In this document: positions 1 through 9,392 of the stretch, in pieces
Position numbering within the stretch: the first letter of the stretch is position 1
Layout: every line of letters starts with the position of its first letter
Assembly: GCA_035627515.1 (NCBI GenBank)
Contig: DASPLQ010000012.1
Span: forward strand, 135,269 to 199,268
DNA length: 64,000 nt
From: Vitreimonas sp.
GTDB lineage: Bacteria; Patescibacteriota; Microgenomatia; UBA1400; PJMF01
Reading direction: 5' to 3'
The notes under the pieces: generated by a model
The model's input: the letters and a program-made list of their open reading frames with translations, nothing else
What the model was told of the DNA's origin: nothing
The model's database searches: none
Translations under genes and position numbers: made by a program

Positions 1-912
1 AACAATACTAAAGTCATTCCGGCTCGGATTTATGGCAAGAAACTTGATACAGGTGGTGACATCGAGTTTCTGCTTATTAAACGCCTGGGCAAAAGTGAAA
101 AGGGCGAAATCTGGGAGTGTTTGTCTAAACCGGGACTGAAACTCGGCCAACGTGTGGGCTTTGCTGACAGCAATCTTGAGCTAACCTGCATCAAGATGCT
201 TGGTTACAGCCGCGAAATTGAGTTTAATCAAGCTGGCAGTGAGTTATTCTCTTCTCTGGACCAGATTGGCCATACTCCGCTCCCTCCCTACATCGACTGG
301 ACTAAACACGATGAACAAGAACTGCGACATCTTTACCAGACCACCTATGCTAAGTTTGAAGGCTCAGCGGCGGCACCGACTGCGGGACTGCACTTTACAC
401 CCGAGCTTGATCAACGCTTGATCGATAAAGGCGTTGCGATCGAAGAAGTCACGCTCCATGTGGGCTTAGGCACGTTTTTGCGCGTCAAAGTCGATGATAT
501 TGCTCAGCACCATATGCATAGTGAGACCTACTCCCTGACGCCCGAGGTCGCTGAGCGACTCAATCACGCTAAGCAAGCCGGTCGCCGCATCATCGTGGTC
601 GGGACCACTACCACGCGCGTGCTGGAAACTTGCGCCGATGCCACCACCGGGCTCCTGCAACCCAACTCTGGCGACACTGACATCTTTATCTATCCGCCTA
701 AAAAGTTCGCTTTTGTGAACAACTTAATCACTAATTTTCATGAAAGCCAATCCACTCTCTTAATGCTCGTCTCGGCTTTGACCACTGCTCCTAATACTAG
801 TCATGAATTCACCACTTTTGCTGACTCACCAGTGGGTAAGGCTTACCAAACCGCCATCGATGAAAAATACCGCCTTCACAGCTTTGGCGACGCGATGTGG
901 ATTAGAGGGTAA
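1..912 (+). CDS. queA: S-adenosylmethionine:tRNA ribosyltransferase-isomerase (5' truncated by window edge)
   Basis: Frame 1 is open from base 1 (NNTKVIPAR); motifs PLPPYI, GSAAAPTAGLHFT, LHVGLGTF, VGTTTTRVLE, ITNFH, SFGDAM. Confidence 0.97.
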   Translation, partial: NNTKVIPARIYGKKLDTGGDIEFLLIKRLGKSEKGEIWECLSKPGLKLGQRVGFADSNLELTCIKMLGYSREIEFNQAGSELFSSLDQIGHTPLPPYIDWTKHDEQELRHLYQTTYAKFEGSAAAPTAGLHFTPELDQRLIDKGVAIEEVTLHVGLGTFLRVKVDDIAQHHMHSETYSLTPEVAERLNHAKQAGRRIIVVGTTTTRVLETCADATTGLLQPNSGDTDIFIYPPKKFAFVNNLITNFHESQSTLLMLVSALTTAPNTSHEFTTFADSPVGKAYQTAIDEKYRLHSFGDAMWIRG

Positions 913-916
913 GTAA

Positions 917-1303
917 CTATGAAAAGGGCGAGATCGTTCGTCCTTCATCTGAAGCAGCACCAAAAGCCAAGTACACTAAGGGCCCGTCACCAATATTTTT
1001 CATGATGTGCTGAGTTTTGACAGGAATTAAAACGGCCTCTTCCGGACCAATTACTTGAGTCTCCTCCCCTACGGTAATTTCACCCTCACCTTCTAAAATA
1101 TAAAAAACTTCTTCGAGCGTCTCATGGGAATGCAGTTCAAAGTGGCGCCCAGGTTGAATCACGGCATAATTAAGCATTTTTAAACCACACTCGGGATTAA
1201 AATCACTCGCGCTAAAGAGCACTTTTTTCAACACACCTGGATCTTCAGGGTTTTCGTGGCTAGCTGGCACCAGGGGTTTTTCTTTGATATTTACTAATTT
1301 CAT
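917..1303 (-). CDS. Cupin domain protein
   Basis: Cupin motifs HSHETLEEVFYILEGEG and IPVKTQHIMKN. Confidence 0.88.
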   Translation of the reverse strand: MKLVNIKEKPLVPASHENPEDPGVLKKVLFSASDFNPECGLKMLNYAVIQPGRHFELHSHETLEEVFYILEGEGEITVGEETQVIGPEEAVLIPVKTQHIMKNIGDGPLVYLAFGAASDEGRTISPFS

Positions 1304-1342
1304 GACTATCCTTTCCCTTGCATATTGGCACTAGTGTACACC

Positions 1343-1380
1343 AAAAAACCCCCTGCTGAACTCACTTCAACAGAGGGTTT
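1343..1380 (-). terminator. Intrinsic terminator after rpsB-tsf
   Basis: Minus strand AAACCCTCTGTTGAA-GTGAG-TTCAGCAGGGGGTTTTTT: stem plus U tract, ~24 nt after the tsf stop. Confidence 0.8.
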
Positions 1381-1403
1381 AGATTCAATGTACTATCAGG
1401 AGC

Positions 1404-1859
1404 TTACTCCCCTACAGCCATACGGTGGATGCGATTGACGACAAACTTCTCGCCAATTTTGCCACTGAGGCCTTTGACGGCTTCTTCAATGGTTACGGAA
1501 GGATTCTTAAGAGATTCCTGAGCTAATAGCTCTTCCACTGACTCTGGATTCATGGCCGTGACTTGCATGGCAATATCTTTCGCCAAGGCTTGAAATTCCG
1601 GATTGCGAGCCACAAAATCGGTCTCACATAAAATTTCCACTAACGCCGCAACTTTTCCAGTCGAGTGCACATAGGAAGCTACGTACCCTTCTTTGGTTTC
1701 GCGGTCAGCTTTTTTCTCGGCATTGGCTAAGCCTTTTTGGCGGACCCATTCTTTAGCTTGTTCGAAATCACCGTTGGAAGCATCGAGGGCTTTTTTGCAG
1801 TCCATCATGCCAGCACCGGTTTCTTCGCGCAGTTTTTTAACATCAGCAGCAGTGTACAT
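1404..1859 (-). CDS. tsf: Elongation factor Ts (short form)
   Basis: VKKLREETGAGMMDCKKAL and CETDFVARN; directly downstream of rpsB. Confidence 0.97.
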   Translation of the reverse strand: MYTAADVKKLREETGAGMMDCKKALDASNGDFEQAKEWVRQKGLANAEKKADRETKEGYVASYVHSTGKVAALVEILCETDFVARNPEFQALAKDIAMQVTAMNPESVEELLAQESLKNPSVTIEEAVKGLSGKIGEKFVVNRIHRMAVGE

Positions 1860-1880
1860 AGATAGGATCCTTTCAGGATC

Positions 1881-1972
1881 AAGTAATTTAGTAATTAAAG
1901 TGATTGAGTAATTTGCAGTCTCTACCTTCTGGTGAGTTAGTTGCTTAATTACTCAGTTACTTAGTGACTTAA
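1881..1972. repeat. Octamer-repeat inverted element (AGTAATT/AGTAACT units), copy 1
   Basis: AAGTAATTTAGTAATT..GAGTAATT, then a GC-rich core, then TAATTACTCAGTTACTTAGTGACTT; related copies at 7641 and 41747. Confidence 0.7.
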
Positions 1973-1973
1973 C

Positions 1974-2699
1974 CTATTTACTTCCCCGAGCGTCTTTACC
2001 AGCTTTGTAAGCTTTAGCAACCTCAGTGATAATTAATTCTAAACTCGTCAAAGCGTCATCGTTAGCGGGAATGACTACATCAATGCCACGAGGGTCGGCA
2101 TTGGTATCGGCTAAAGCTATCATCGGCACATCCAAGGTTAGGGCTTCTTTAATGACATTCTTTTCGCGAGCTGGATCGATGATGAATAAAGCATCAGGGC
2201 GTTTTTTGAGAGTTTTGATACCACCAAAGAAGCGCTCTAAGCGGCCTTGTTCTTTTTCAAGTTGGACGCGTTCAAACTTGGTGTAACCTTTGAATGTGTC
2301 ACCTTTCAAACCCTCTTCAATATCTAACATCCGTTTTAAGGATTTGGAAACTTGTTCCCAGTTGGTTAATAAACCACCCAACCAGCGTGAAGTGATGTGC
2401 ATGGCTTCAGCACTTTCAGCGGCAGTTTTCACCACGTCTTTGGCTTGGCGTTTAGTACCCACAAACACTAAGTTCTTGCCAGATTGGCCCAACTCGTAAG
2501 CGTAGTTATAGGCAATTTGTAATTGAGCGGCAGTTTTAGCCAAATCAAAGATGTGCACGCCATCTTTTTCCATGTAGATATACTCTTGCATGGCAGGATG
2601 CCATTTGCGAGCTTGGTGACCAAAATGACAACCAGCTTCTAACAGCTGTTGCAGGTCATATTCAGGTGCCTGTTGAGGCAAGGTGGAGACGTCAATCAT
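1974..2699 (-). CDS. rpsB: 30S ribosomal protein S2
   Basis: LLEAGCHFGHQ, FVGTKRQA, RWLGGLLTN, VIPANDD. Confidence 0.98.
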   Translation of the reverse strand: MIDVSTLPQQAPEYDLQQLLEAGCHFGHQARKWHPAMQEYIYMEKDGVHIFDLAKTAAQLQIAYNYAYELGQSGKNLVFVGTKRQAKDVVKTAAESAEAMHITSRWLGGLLTNWEQVSKSLKRMLDIEEGLKGDTFKGYTKFERVQLEKEQGRLERFFGGIKTLKKRPDALFIIDPAREKNVIKEALTLDVPMIALADTNADPRGIDVVIPANDDALTSLELIITEVAKAYKAGKDARGSK

Positions 2700-2884
2700 A
2701 GATGTCCTTGTTTGTTTTCTAGAATTATCCTCTAGAAAAGCTGGTAAGTGAGTGCAAAGTCAGGACTTTTACGCACCAATTACACATTTAATACTTGTTA
2801 CTTTCAATTGGTATTGTACCATAAGATTTCGCTCAGCCTATTTATATTTATTGCAATAGCATTCAGGCAACGACAGGAGACAAA

Positions 2885-3325
2885 ATGATTGGCAAATCGC
2901 ACGAACAAAATCCATTCTTACCTTCAGGCATCTTTGGTAATGGCGAAGGCGGGTTACCCCCATCTCTGCCAACGTGGCGAAGAGAATTTAGTATCACTCG
3001 TTTGGACCATAAGGATTGGAGTAAACAGACTCAACTTTTGAATGATTTAATCAAAGAAGTTCTCAGTATAAAACCTCTCCCTTCCAATCTCACTGAAGTC
3101 TTAAATAAGACTCTACAAAATATTACTACCGATGTTGGTCGATTTAAAATTCCCGGTAAAACAGCTACTTCTATCGACTTAGTTGTTGCCAATCCCAGCA
3201 GCGAAAAAGGTTTAAGTACTACCACCTATAAGTTTGGTAATTTAGGTGCCTTAGCCAAAGAGATAGCTATTAACAAAGATACTCAGTTTTATCTCGACAT
3301 TACCTACGTCGACGATAATTCCTAA
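2885..3325 (+). CDS. Hypothetical protein
   Basis: 146-aa ORF with AGGAG RBS; no recognised motif. Confidence 0.65.
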   Translation: MIGKSHEQNPFLPSGIFGNGEGGLPPSLPTWRREFSITRLDHKDWSKQTQLLNDLIKEVLSIKPLPSNLTEVLNKTLQNITTDVGRFKIPGKTATSIDLVVANPSSEKGLSTTTYKFGNLGALAKEIAINKDTQFYLDITYVDDNS

Positions 3326-3352
3326 GTCAGGATAATTGAACAATAAAGCTCA

Positions 3353-4237
3353 CTAGCTTTCAATTAATTCCACACAGTTCTCGAGCAATGAGATGACCGT
3401 GATCGGTCCTACCCCACCTGGCACGGGCGTGATAAAGCTGGCTTTGGGAGCTACGGTGGCGAAATCGACATCTGGTTTGGGTTCGCCCACATCTACAACT
3501 ACCACCCCATTCTTGACTAAATCGCCAATGATTAAACCTTGGCGACCGGTAGCGGAAACGATGATGTCAGCGTCTAAAAGGTACTTCTTTTGCTCAATTC
3601 GTTGATTTAATTCCTTGCTACCAATCATTTCTACTTGGAAACCTTGGTTTTTGAATTCGTAGAACAGAGGTTTACCTAAAATATCAGACTTGCCTAAAAT
3701 AATGACTTTTCTATCTGGAGCGAGTTGTTGGGATTGGCGAAGAATCTCTAAGACTGCTTTGGCAGTTGCTGGTAAGACTTTTTTTTCCTGTTTCCAGGTG
3801 TTGTTTTCAACCGCTGCTAACGTGGCGGGATGCAAGCCATCTACATCTTTTTTCTCATCGAGCCGAGACACTAAACTCGTCCACCAGGCTTGAAAGTCTT
3901 CATTACTCTTCTCTGCTCCTGCGAGTTCCAACCACCGGGCTTTGCCTGGTTTTTGAATAATGATACCCGTGACAGTGGGATCTTGGTTTAAGGCCTCAAT
4001 CTCGGCTTGAACTGGCGCAATATCATCTGCCATGGAGTGGGTGTAAACTTCATAGATCATCCCCACCCGCTCAGCGGCCTCTTGCTTGAGGCGGGTATAC
4101 AGGACACTACCAGAATCTTCGGTAAATAAAATGGCCGCAATCTTGAGGTGGATATTTTGCTCTCTTAAAGCCGCTACACGCGTTTTGAGTTGCGCTTCTT
4201 TAGCTTGAGCAGCCTGGTTGCCATCAAAAATAATCAT
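3353..4237 (-). CDS. folD: Methylenetetrahydrofolate dehydrogenase/cyclohydrolase
   Basis: KDVDGLHP, GKSDILGKP, ITPVPGGVGPIT. Confidence 0.95.
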   Translation of the reverse strand: MIIFDGNQAAQAKEAQLKTRVAALREQNIHLKIAAILFTEDSGSVLYTRLKQEAAERVGMIYEVYTHSMADDIAPVQAEIEALNQDPTVTGIIIQKPGKARWLELAGAEKSNEDFQAWWTSLVSRLDEKKDVDGLHPATLAAVENNTWKQEKKVLPATAKAVLEILRQSQQLAPDRKVIILGKSDILGKPLFYEFKNQGFQVEMIGSKELNQRIEQKKYLLDADIIVSATGRQGLIIGDLVKNGVVVVDVGEPKPDVDFATVAPKASFITPVPGGVGPITVISLLENCVELIES

Positions 4238-4353
4238 AAAGTGTATTGTACCTGATTAGTTATGCTACAGAAGTGAATCTGGAGACGTGTCATTACAGTC
4301 AAAATGTACATTTTGCACACAGTCCAGGCGGACTTTTGCAATAACACTCACAC

Positions 4354-5214
4354 TTAAGCTTCACCGACTAGAGTTCTCAACCGCTTCACATTCTCAGCAT
4401 CCGGGCCCTCATCATCAAGACCGGGCACCTCGAGAATGAGCGGAATGTCTTTAATAGCGTCATAGTTCAGGAAAAACGTAAAATCCTCTTTATTAACCTC
4501 GCCATCACCCAGGTTTGCATGCCGATCTCGTCCTGACCCAAAAGCATCGCGACTGTCATTGACGTGAATCACTTTCAAGGCTGACCACAAGTTTTGGGCT
4601 TCGATGGCTTCAATCGCGCTCCGGCACTCAGAGGGTTGTGTCCCTGGTTTGCCCAGCGCTAAACCAGCTGCGTGCGCATGACAGGTATCGAAACACCAGC
4701 CTAGCCGCTCAGACTTGACGGTATCGAGCAACCACCGGATCTCAGAGAGATCACTGCACAATTTACCATTTTGGCCCGCTGAGTTTTCAATTAATAACTG
4801 CGAATCAGCCGGGGTATCTGCCAGAACTTCAGCAATAGCGGCTGCTACTTGCTCGCGCATCGGTTCCCACCCTCGCCCTTGGTGACTCCCTAAGTGCACC
4901 ACTACTCCCGAACCCTTCACGTAACTATCAAAGCGTAAATCATACTTTAAAACCTCGATCGATTTTTTGAGCAGCTCGGGATTATCTGATGCTAAATTAG
5001 TCAAATAAATAGCATGAGTAATAATTGGTGTAACAGACAATTCTTTCTGTTTCGAAAACACTTTTTGCTGATCAGTTTTATCTAAACCTGGCCGCGCCCA
5101 CACCCGAGGACTGCCCGAAAACACCTGCACACAATTAGCACCAATCTCTTTCGCTCTTTCTACGGCCTTATCAATGCCACCGGCCGCTGATACATGAGCT
5201 CCAATTTTGCGCAT
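4354..5214 (-). CDS. nfo: Endonuclease IV (AP endonuclease family 2)
   Basis: Start moved to MRKIGAHVS (AGGAG RBS upstream); IENSAGQ, CFDTCHAHA, HVNDS, DRHANLG. Confidence 0.95.
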   Translation of the reverse strand: MRKIGAHVSAAGGIDKAVERAKEIGANCVQVFSGSPRVWARPGLDKTDQQKVFSKQKELSVTPIITHAIYLTNLASDNPELLKKSIEVLKYDLRFDSYVKGSGVVVHLGSHQGRGWEPMREQVAAAIAEVLADTPADSQLLIENSAGQNGKLCSDLSEIRWLLDTVKSERLGWCFDTCHAHAAGLALGKPGTQPSECRSAIEAIEAQNLWSALKVIHVNDSRDAFGSGRDRHANLGDGEVNKEDFTFFLNYDAIKDIPLILEVPGLDDEGPDAENVKRLRTLVGEA

Positions 5215-5257
5215 ACTAAACTCTCCTTTTATTTGTAGGTGAAGTATACTAGCCGTG

Positions 5258-5959
5258 ATGCCAACCACCAAACTGCAAAATTATACTGTCACATATGACA
5301 ACTCCGAGGAGTTTCACCACCTGAAAAGTGAAGTTTTTACTCATGATACTTACTACTTTGAAACTGAGAACCCCGCGCCACGCATTATCGACGCTGGAGC
5401 TCATATTGGCTTAAGCACGTTGTACTTCAAAAAACTCTATCCTCAGGCCAAAATCACTGCCATCGAACCGTTGCCTCAAAACTTCAAGCTGCTGGAAAAA
5501 AACATTTGGGAAAACCAGCTCGAGGATGTGGAACTCATCAATGCCGCTCTCTCCGATCATGATGGTCAAGAAACCTTTTATTTTGACGACAGTCACGATA
5601 ACTGGTATAGCACCGCCAGTTTTTTGCCGGGCGCGTGGACCGGGAGTCAGCACTCCACTCAACTAGAAACACCAACGCGAACCTTATCTAGCTTTCTCAC
5701 CGAGCCTATTGATCTTTTGAAACTTGATATTGAGGGCGCAGAGCAACGCGTTTTGACCGAGGCTAACGCTTCTTTAAGGACCGTGGCACAACTACTCGTA
5801 GAGTTTCACCCTCACCCATCTCAAAAGCTGTCAACAGTGCTTGAACTAATTCGTCAATCAGGCTTTCGTCACCTAACTCTGATGAAGGATCAGCGGGAAG
5901 TTCAGGTGAAGAGCGCAACGGGTCTGATCGTGATTCACGCGTCTCGGTCGCAAAACTAA
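5258..5959 (+). CDS. FkbM family methyltransferase
   Basis: IIDAGAHIG, AIEP, IDLLKLDIEGAE. Confidence 0.92.
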   Translation: MPTTKLQNYTVTYDNSEEFHHLKSEVFTHDTYYFETENPAPRIIDAGAHIGLSTLYFKKLYPQAKITAIEPLPQNFKLLEKNIWENQLEDVELINAALSDHDGQETFYFDDSHDNWYSTASFLPGAWTGSQHSTQLETPTRTLSSFLTEPIDLLKLDIEGAEQRVLTEANASLRTVAQLLVEFHPHPSQKLSTVLELIRQSGFRHLTLMKDQREVQVKSATGLIVIHASRSQN

Positions 5960-6314
5960 TCATTGAGTTCTTATTCCATCTCTTCAATCGCTTTTGGAGA
6001 CGTTCGTAATGAAGAAGAAACTTCCACCAATCAATGCTCTCTCCTTTTTGAGTTTTCCCTAGTTCAATGACCTTAGCATAACTCAGAACTCTCCAAGCTA
6101 ACGCTTCATCTTCACTCGACATCATATAGCGAGCATTAAGCCACCAGGATAAAATGCTTAAAAAACCATGAGGGAAATGATAGTTTTTTTTCTCATCACG
6201 TCGGTGCTTTTTTTGAGCGGCAGCTTCTTCTAACTTTTTATTTTTTAGTTCGCGGGCCACTAATTTTACCTGCTTGAGGCGATGAGCAGGCGCACTTTCA
6301 TTTTTCCACGGCAT
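5763..6314 (-). CDS. Hypothetical protein (3' part overlaps the FkbM gene on the opposite strand)
   Basis: ATG 2 nt after the glyA stop; occupies otherwise unexplained 5960-6314. Confidence 0.5.
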   Translation of the reverse strand: MPWKNESAPAHRLKQVKLVARELKNKKLEEAAAQKKHRRDEKKNYHFPHGFLSILSWWLNARYMMSSEDEALAWRVLSYAKVIELGKTQKGESIDWWKFLLHYERLQKRLKRWNKNSMISFATETRESRSDPLRSSPELPADPSSELGDESLIDELVQALLTAFEMGEGETLRVVVPRSLKKR

Positions 6315-6316
6315 CT

Positions 6317-7633
6317 TTACTTCCAGCTAAACAACTCGTACTTGGCAGTGAGCTTTTTGACCTCTTCGCGGACAGCAAGCAACTCAGTGTCAAACTGCAC
6401 GCGTTGACGGAACTCTTTCAAAAATGGTGTTCGCTGTGTTTTATCACTCGGCAAAGTCTCGTTTTTCACAATCTCCACTACTCTGCTCATCCACTGCGCA
6501 ATCTGCATCATCTCTTTTTCTTTCATACCTCGGGTAGTGACCAGCGGCGTGCCCACGCGTAAGCCAGAGGGATAAAACGGCGACACCGGTTCATGGGGCA
6601 CTGTATTTCGATTGGCATACATCCCCGCCACATCCATGGCAAACGCCACCTGAGTGCCCAACCCTGGGCTAATGGGACTCAGATCCACCACAATTAAGTG
6701 ATTTTCGGTCCCATCCCCCATTAAAGTTAAACCTTCTTTCATGAGACCCTGAGCCAAAGCTTGGGCATTTTTAGTGACTTGTTGAGCATATTTCTTAAAC
6801 GCTGGACGACTAGCTTCTTCGGCAGCAATGGCAATTCCCGCCGTGGTAGCGTTGTGTGGCCCACCTTGCAGCCCAGGAATAATAGCCGCATCGATTTTCT
6901 TACCTAATTCTGGATCTCGAGCCAGGCCGCGGTCAGTCACTAAAATCATCGCTCCACGCGGGCCGCGAAAGGTTTTATGTGTCGTGGACATAATCACATC
7001 CACGTGTGGCACCGGTGAGGGATGTTCTCCCCCGACCACTAAGCCAGTAATGTGGGAAATGTCAGCTACCAACCAAGCCCCCACCTCATCAGCAATTTCT
7101 CGAAACTTGGCAAAATCTAATACAAAGGGATACGCGGTGGTACCAGCCATAATTACTTTTGGTTTATGTTTTTTGGCCATGGCACGCACTTCATCAAAAT
7201 CAATCCGAGCTTTGTCATTCACGCCATACTGAATAGCATTAAAAAACTTACCAGAAAATGTCACCTGAGGGTGACCATGAGTCAGGTGTCCGCCCATTGC
7301 CAACTTCAAACCCATCAGCGTCTCACCGGGCTGCATTAGGGCAAAATAAATTGCTGAGTTGGCTGGCGAGCCAGAATAAGGCTGGACGTTGACATACGGC
7401 ACGCCAAATAATTTTTTGACGCGATCCACCGCCAGTTGTTCGATTTGATCAATAAACTGATTGCCCTCATAGTACCGGCGCTTGGCATAGCCTTCTGAGT
7501 ACTTGCTATTTAAACATGTCGACAACACCGATGATACCTCAGGAGAAATATGATTTTCAGAAGGAATCAAGCCAATCATCTCCAGTTGGCGCTGCTCTTC
7601 TTGCTGAATAAGATCAAAAATAATGTCTGTCAT
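6317..7633 (-). CDS. glyA: Serine hydroxymethyltransferase
   Basis: Start moved to MTDIIFDL; LIPSEN, YSEGY, GGHLTHG, STTHKTFRGPRG, LQGGPH. Confidence 0.98.
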   Translation of the reverse strand: MTDIIFDLIQQEEQRQLEMIGLIPSENHISPEVSSVLSTCLNSKYSEGYAKRRYYEGNQFIDQIEQLAVDRVKKLFGVPYVNVQPYSGSPANSAIYFALMQPGETLMGLKLAMGGHLTHGHPQVTFSGKFFNAIQYGVNDKARIDFDEVRAMAKKHKPKVIMAGTTAYPFVLDFAKFREIADEVGAWLVADISHITGLVVGGEHPSPVPHVDVIMSTTHKTFRGPRGAMILVTDRGLARDPELGKKIDAAIIPGLQGGPHNATTAGIAIAAEEASRPAFKKYAQQVTKNAQALAQGLMKEGLTLMGDGTENHLIVVDLSPISPGLGTQVAFAMDVAGMYANRNTVPHEPVSPFYPSGLRVGTPLVTTRGMKEKEMMQIAQWMSRVVEIVKNETLPSDKTQRTPFLKEFRQRVQFDTELLAVREEVKKLTAKYELFSWK

Positions 7634-7640
7634 GGAATAC

Positions 7641-7669
7641 GTTCCTAAGTAATTAAGTAACTGAGTAAT
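7641..7669. repeat. Octamer-repeat element, copy 2 (one arm only), upstream of glyA
   Basis: GTTCCTAAGTAATTAAGTAACTGAGTAAT, near-identical to 41747 GTTCCTGAGTAATTTAGTAACTGAGTCAT. Confidence 0.7.
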
Positions 7670-7784
7670 GTACCTCAAATGCGCTGAAATCACAGCCATA
7701 GTTGCTACCAGCAACATACACAAAAATAAATCGCTTAACAAGCGGTGGAGAAACAAATTTGGAAGAAAAAAGCAGCTTTGATCA

Positions 7785-8096
7785 TTATTGAATAATGAGC
7801 TTATCATGCATTTTTAGTAATTCGAAAGAGGCAATAGTGATTGGCATAATGAGCTCAGCATTTAAGTTTTTCTCTCCATCAAAAAAATGAGTTAACATTT
7901 CCAAAACTTCATCTGGTCTAGCTGCTCCCGGCTTTAAGTCAAGTTGCATACGCATCCGCAAGCTATCTGAATCAATATTCACTCCATGTAAGTCAAAAAT
8001 TCTGAGGCCAGCTAACTCCGGATTAGTAACTAGTTCAATCAAGTAGTCTCCAATGATCTGATGATGTCCTCGGTAAGCATCAAAGGGTCTGCGCAT
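7785..8096 (-). CDS. Hypothetical protein
   Basis: 103-aa ORF co-oriented between the Maf-like gene and glyA. Confidence 0.6.
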   Translation of the reverse strand: MRRPFDAYRGHHQIIGDYLIELVTNPELAGLRIFDLHGVNIDSDSLRMRMQLDLKPGAARPDEVLEMLTHFFDGEKNLNAELIMPITIASFELLKMHDKLIIQ

Positions 8097-8121
8097 AATT
8101 TTATTTTAGCATAGTACCATT

Positions 8122-9009
8122 TTAGACCATGTGACGAACCTCATCTCGCTCAAATTGATCTGCTGTATCAATCTTACCCAACAGATTATGAATTAATTGA
8201 GGCGGAAATTGGCACTCAACTACCAACGCATGAAAAATATCAGGGTCATAGATCCAATCTAAGTGATTGGTAATTAACTTGATATCTTCTCCCTCATGAT
8301 TTGTCAAAAAAGCTTGATAGGCAAAAGCTGAGGCTAAGTTAGCAAAATCTAGACCTGGACCTTTATTTAAAAAAGGAATTTGATCTATTAACTTTACTAC
8401 GTCCTCTTTATTATTTGTTGGTCGTTCAAAAGCGTCAAAAATTATAGCCGCTGGAAGCTTATTAAAATGAGCTTGAACTTTAAATGAGGTTGATTCTTCA
8501 ATCTCTCCTATGGAAGCGGTAATTCCCACATGCCATTGAATAATGAAATTAGTCATGCAGTACATGAATAAGTAATTGGGCTGTTCATTCCCAATTAAGC
8601 TCTCTAAACGCGCCATCACCTGCGTATCACGTACTGGTTGTTCCTGAGGAAGTAACTCCTGAAATTTTCGTTTCTGACGATGCAAAGGGTACGTCAAACC
8701 TAACTCTAAATGTTCTTGTGTTTGAGCATATGATGTAACTACGTCAATGCTGACTACTAATGCTTCTTTATCCGAACCAGTGGCTTCCAACTTTTTACGA
8801 ATCAATCGGTTCTTATCAGCTGCTACTTTGGTAGGATCATTATCTTCTAATTCCGGTTGAATATTCTCTGGATCAAAACTATTAATAGGCAGAAGTGCTG
8901 TGCCTTGATTAATAACTTTGTCTACTCCATTAGCTTTGCTCTCAGAACTGCTCGCCAAAAACACTTTAGCAATTTTATAGGTTCGTAATTTTTCAGCTAA
9001 ACTACTCAT
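8122..9009 (-). CDS. Divergent Maf/ITPase-like protein
   Basis: VFLASSSESK resembles Maf ILASxSPRR; ADK and LVVSIDVV resemble A..KA and VIGADTVV; conserved Arg residues are replaced. Confidence 0.45.
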   Translation of the reverse strand: MSSLAEKLRTYKIAKVFLASSSESKANGVDKVINQGTALLPINSFDPENIQPELEDNDPTKVAADKNRLIRKKLEATGSDKEALVVSIDVVTSYAQTQEHLELGLTYPLHRQKRKFQELLPQEQPVRDTQVMARLESLIGNEQPNYLFMYCMTNFIIQWHVGITASIGEIEESTSFKVQAHFNKLPAAIIFDAFERPTNNKEDVVKLIDQIPFLNKGPGLDFANLASAFAYQAFLTNHEGEDIKLITNHLDWIYDPDIFHALVVECQFPPQLIHNLLGKIDTADQFERDEVRHMV

Positions 9010-9014
9010 ATAAC

Positions 9015-9040
9015 AAAAAATCCCGAGCTGGGCTCGGGAT
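9015..9040 (-). terminator. Attenuator-like terminator immediately upstream of the Maf-like ATG
   Basis: Minus strand ATCCCGAGC-CCA-GCTCGGGAT then TTTTT; U tract ends 5 nt before the start codon. Confidence 0.8.
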
Positions 9041-9044
9041 GTCT

Positions 9045-9131
9045 TTACCTAAACTGCACCAAGAGGCAGCCTTGATTATTTTTAATAATGAGTGGGCAAA
9101 CGATAGTAGCTGTTTTTCGTACAGTAGGCAT
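9045..9131 (-). CDS. Putative 28-aa leader peptide MPTVRKTATIVCPLIIKNNQGCLLVQFR
   Basis: ATG-TAA uORF whose stop lies 4 nt before the terminator stem. Confidence 0.4.
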   Translation of the reverse strand: MPTVRKTATIVCPLIIKNNQGCLLVQFR

Positions 9132-9392
9132 TTGGTTATAAAAAAACACCCTTCTTAGCTGGCTCATGTGGTTGTCCTCTCCTTAGATCTGGCTAATCTA
9201 AGACGGTTTGTGGCTTTAGAGCGAGAGCACGGGTGCTATTCGCTTACAACAAAAACTGTTAAAAAAATCTTAATTAGTTATTAAACACTAAAAAAAGTGT
9301 TTTGCAACCCCCAACAATGAGTAACTTTTACTCATACACGCATTTAGTACAATTAGTCCAGGAAGGCGTGTTATCAAAATAGAATACTGCCC

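Noticed and set aside
1404-1859. Short EF-Ts as a pseudogene
   Set aside because: Short EF-Ts forms are known; motifs are intact and a terminator follows
4300-4315. Palindrome CAAAATGTACATTTTG, partly repeated at 33350
   Set aside because: Short AT-rich match with only two instances; no function can be assigned
7634-7807. N-terminal extension of glyA (and of rpsR at 41740-41775)
   Set aside because: Open frame running through the octamer repeat (ITQLLNY / TQLLNY), not homologous to the proteins
9146-9236. T-box, ZTP or glycine riboswitch upstream of the glyA-containing run
   Set aside because: Diagnostic motifs (GGUGG T-box bulge, CGCCUGGGC, CUCUCAGG) are absent; kept only as an unassigned RNA candidate
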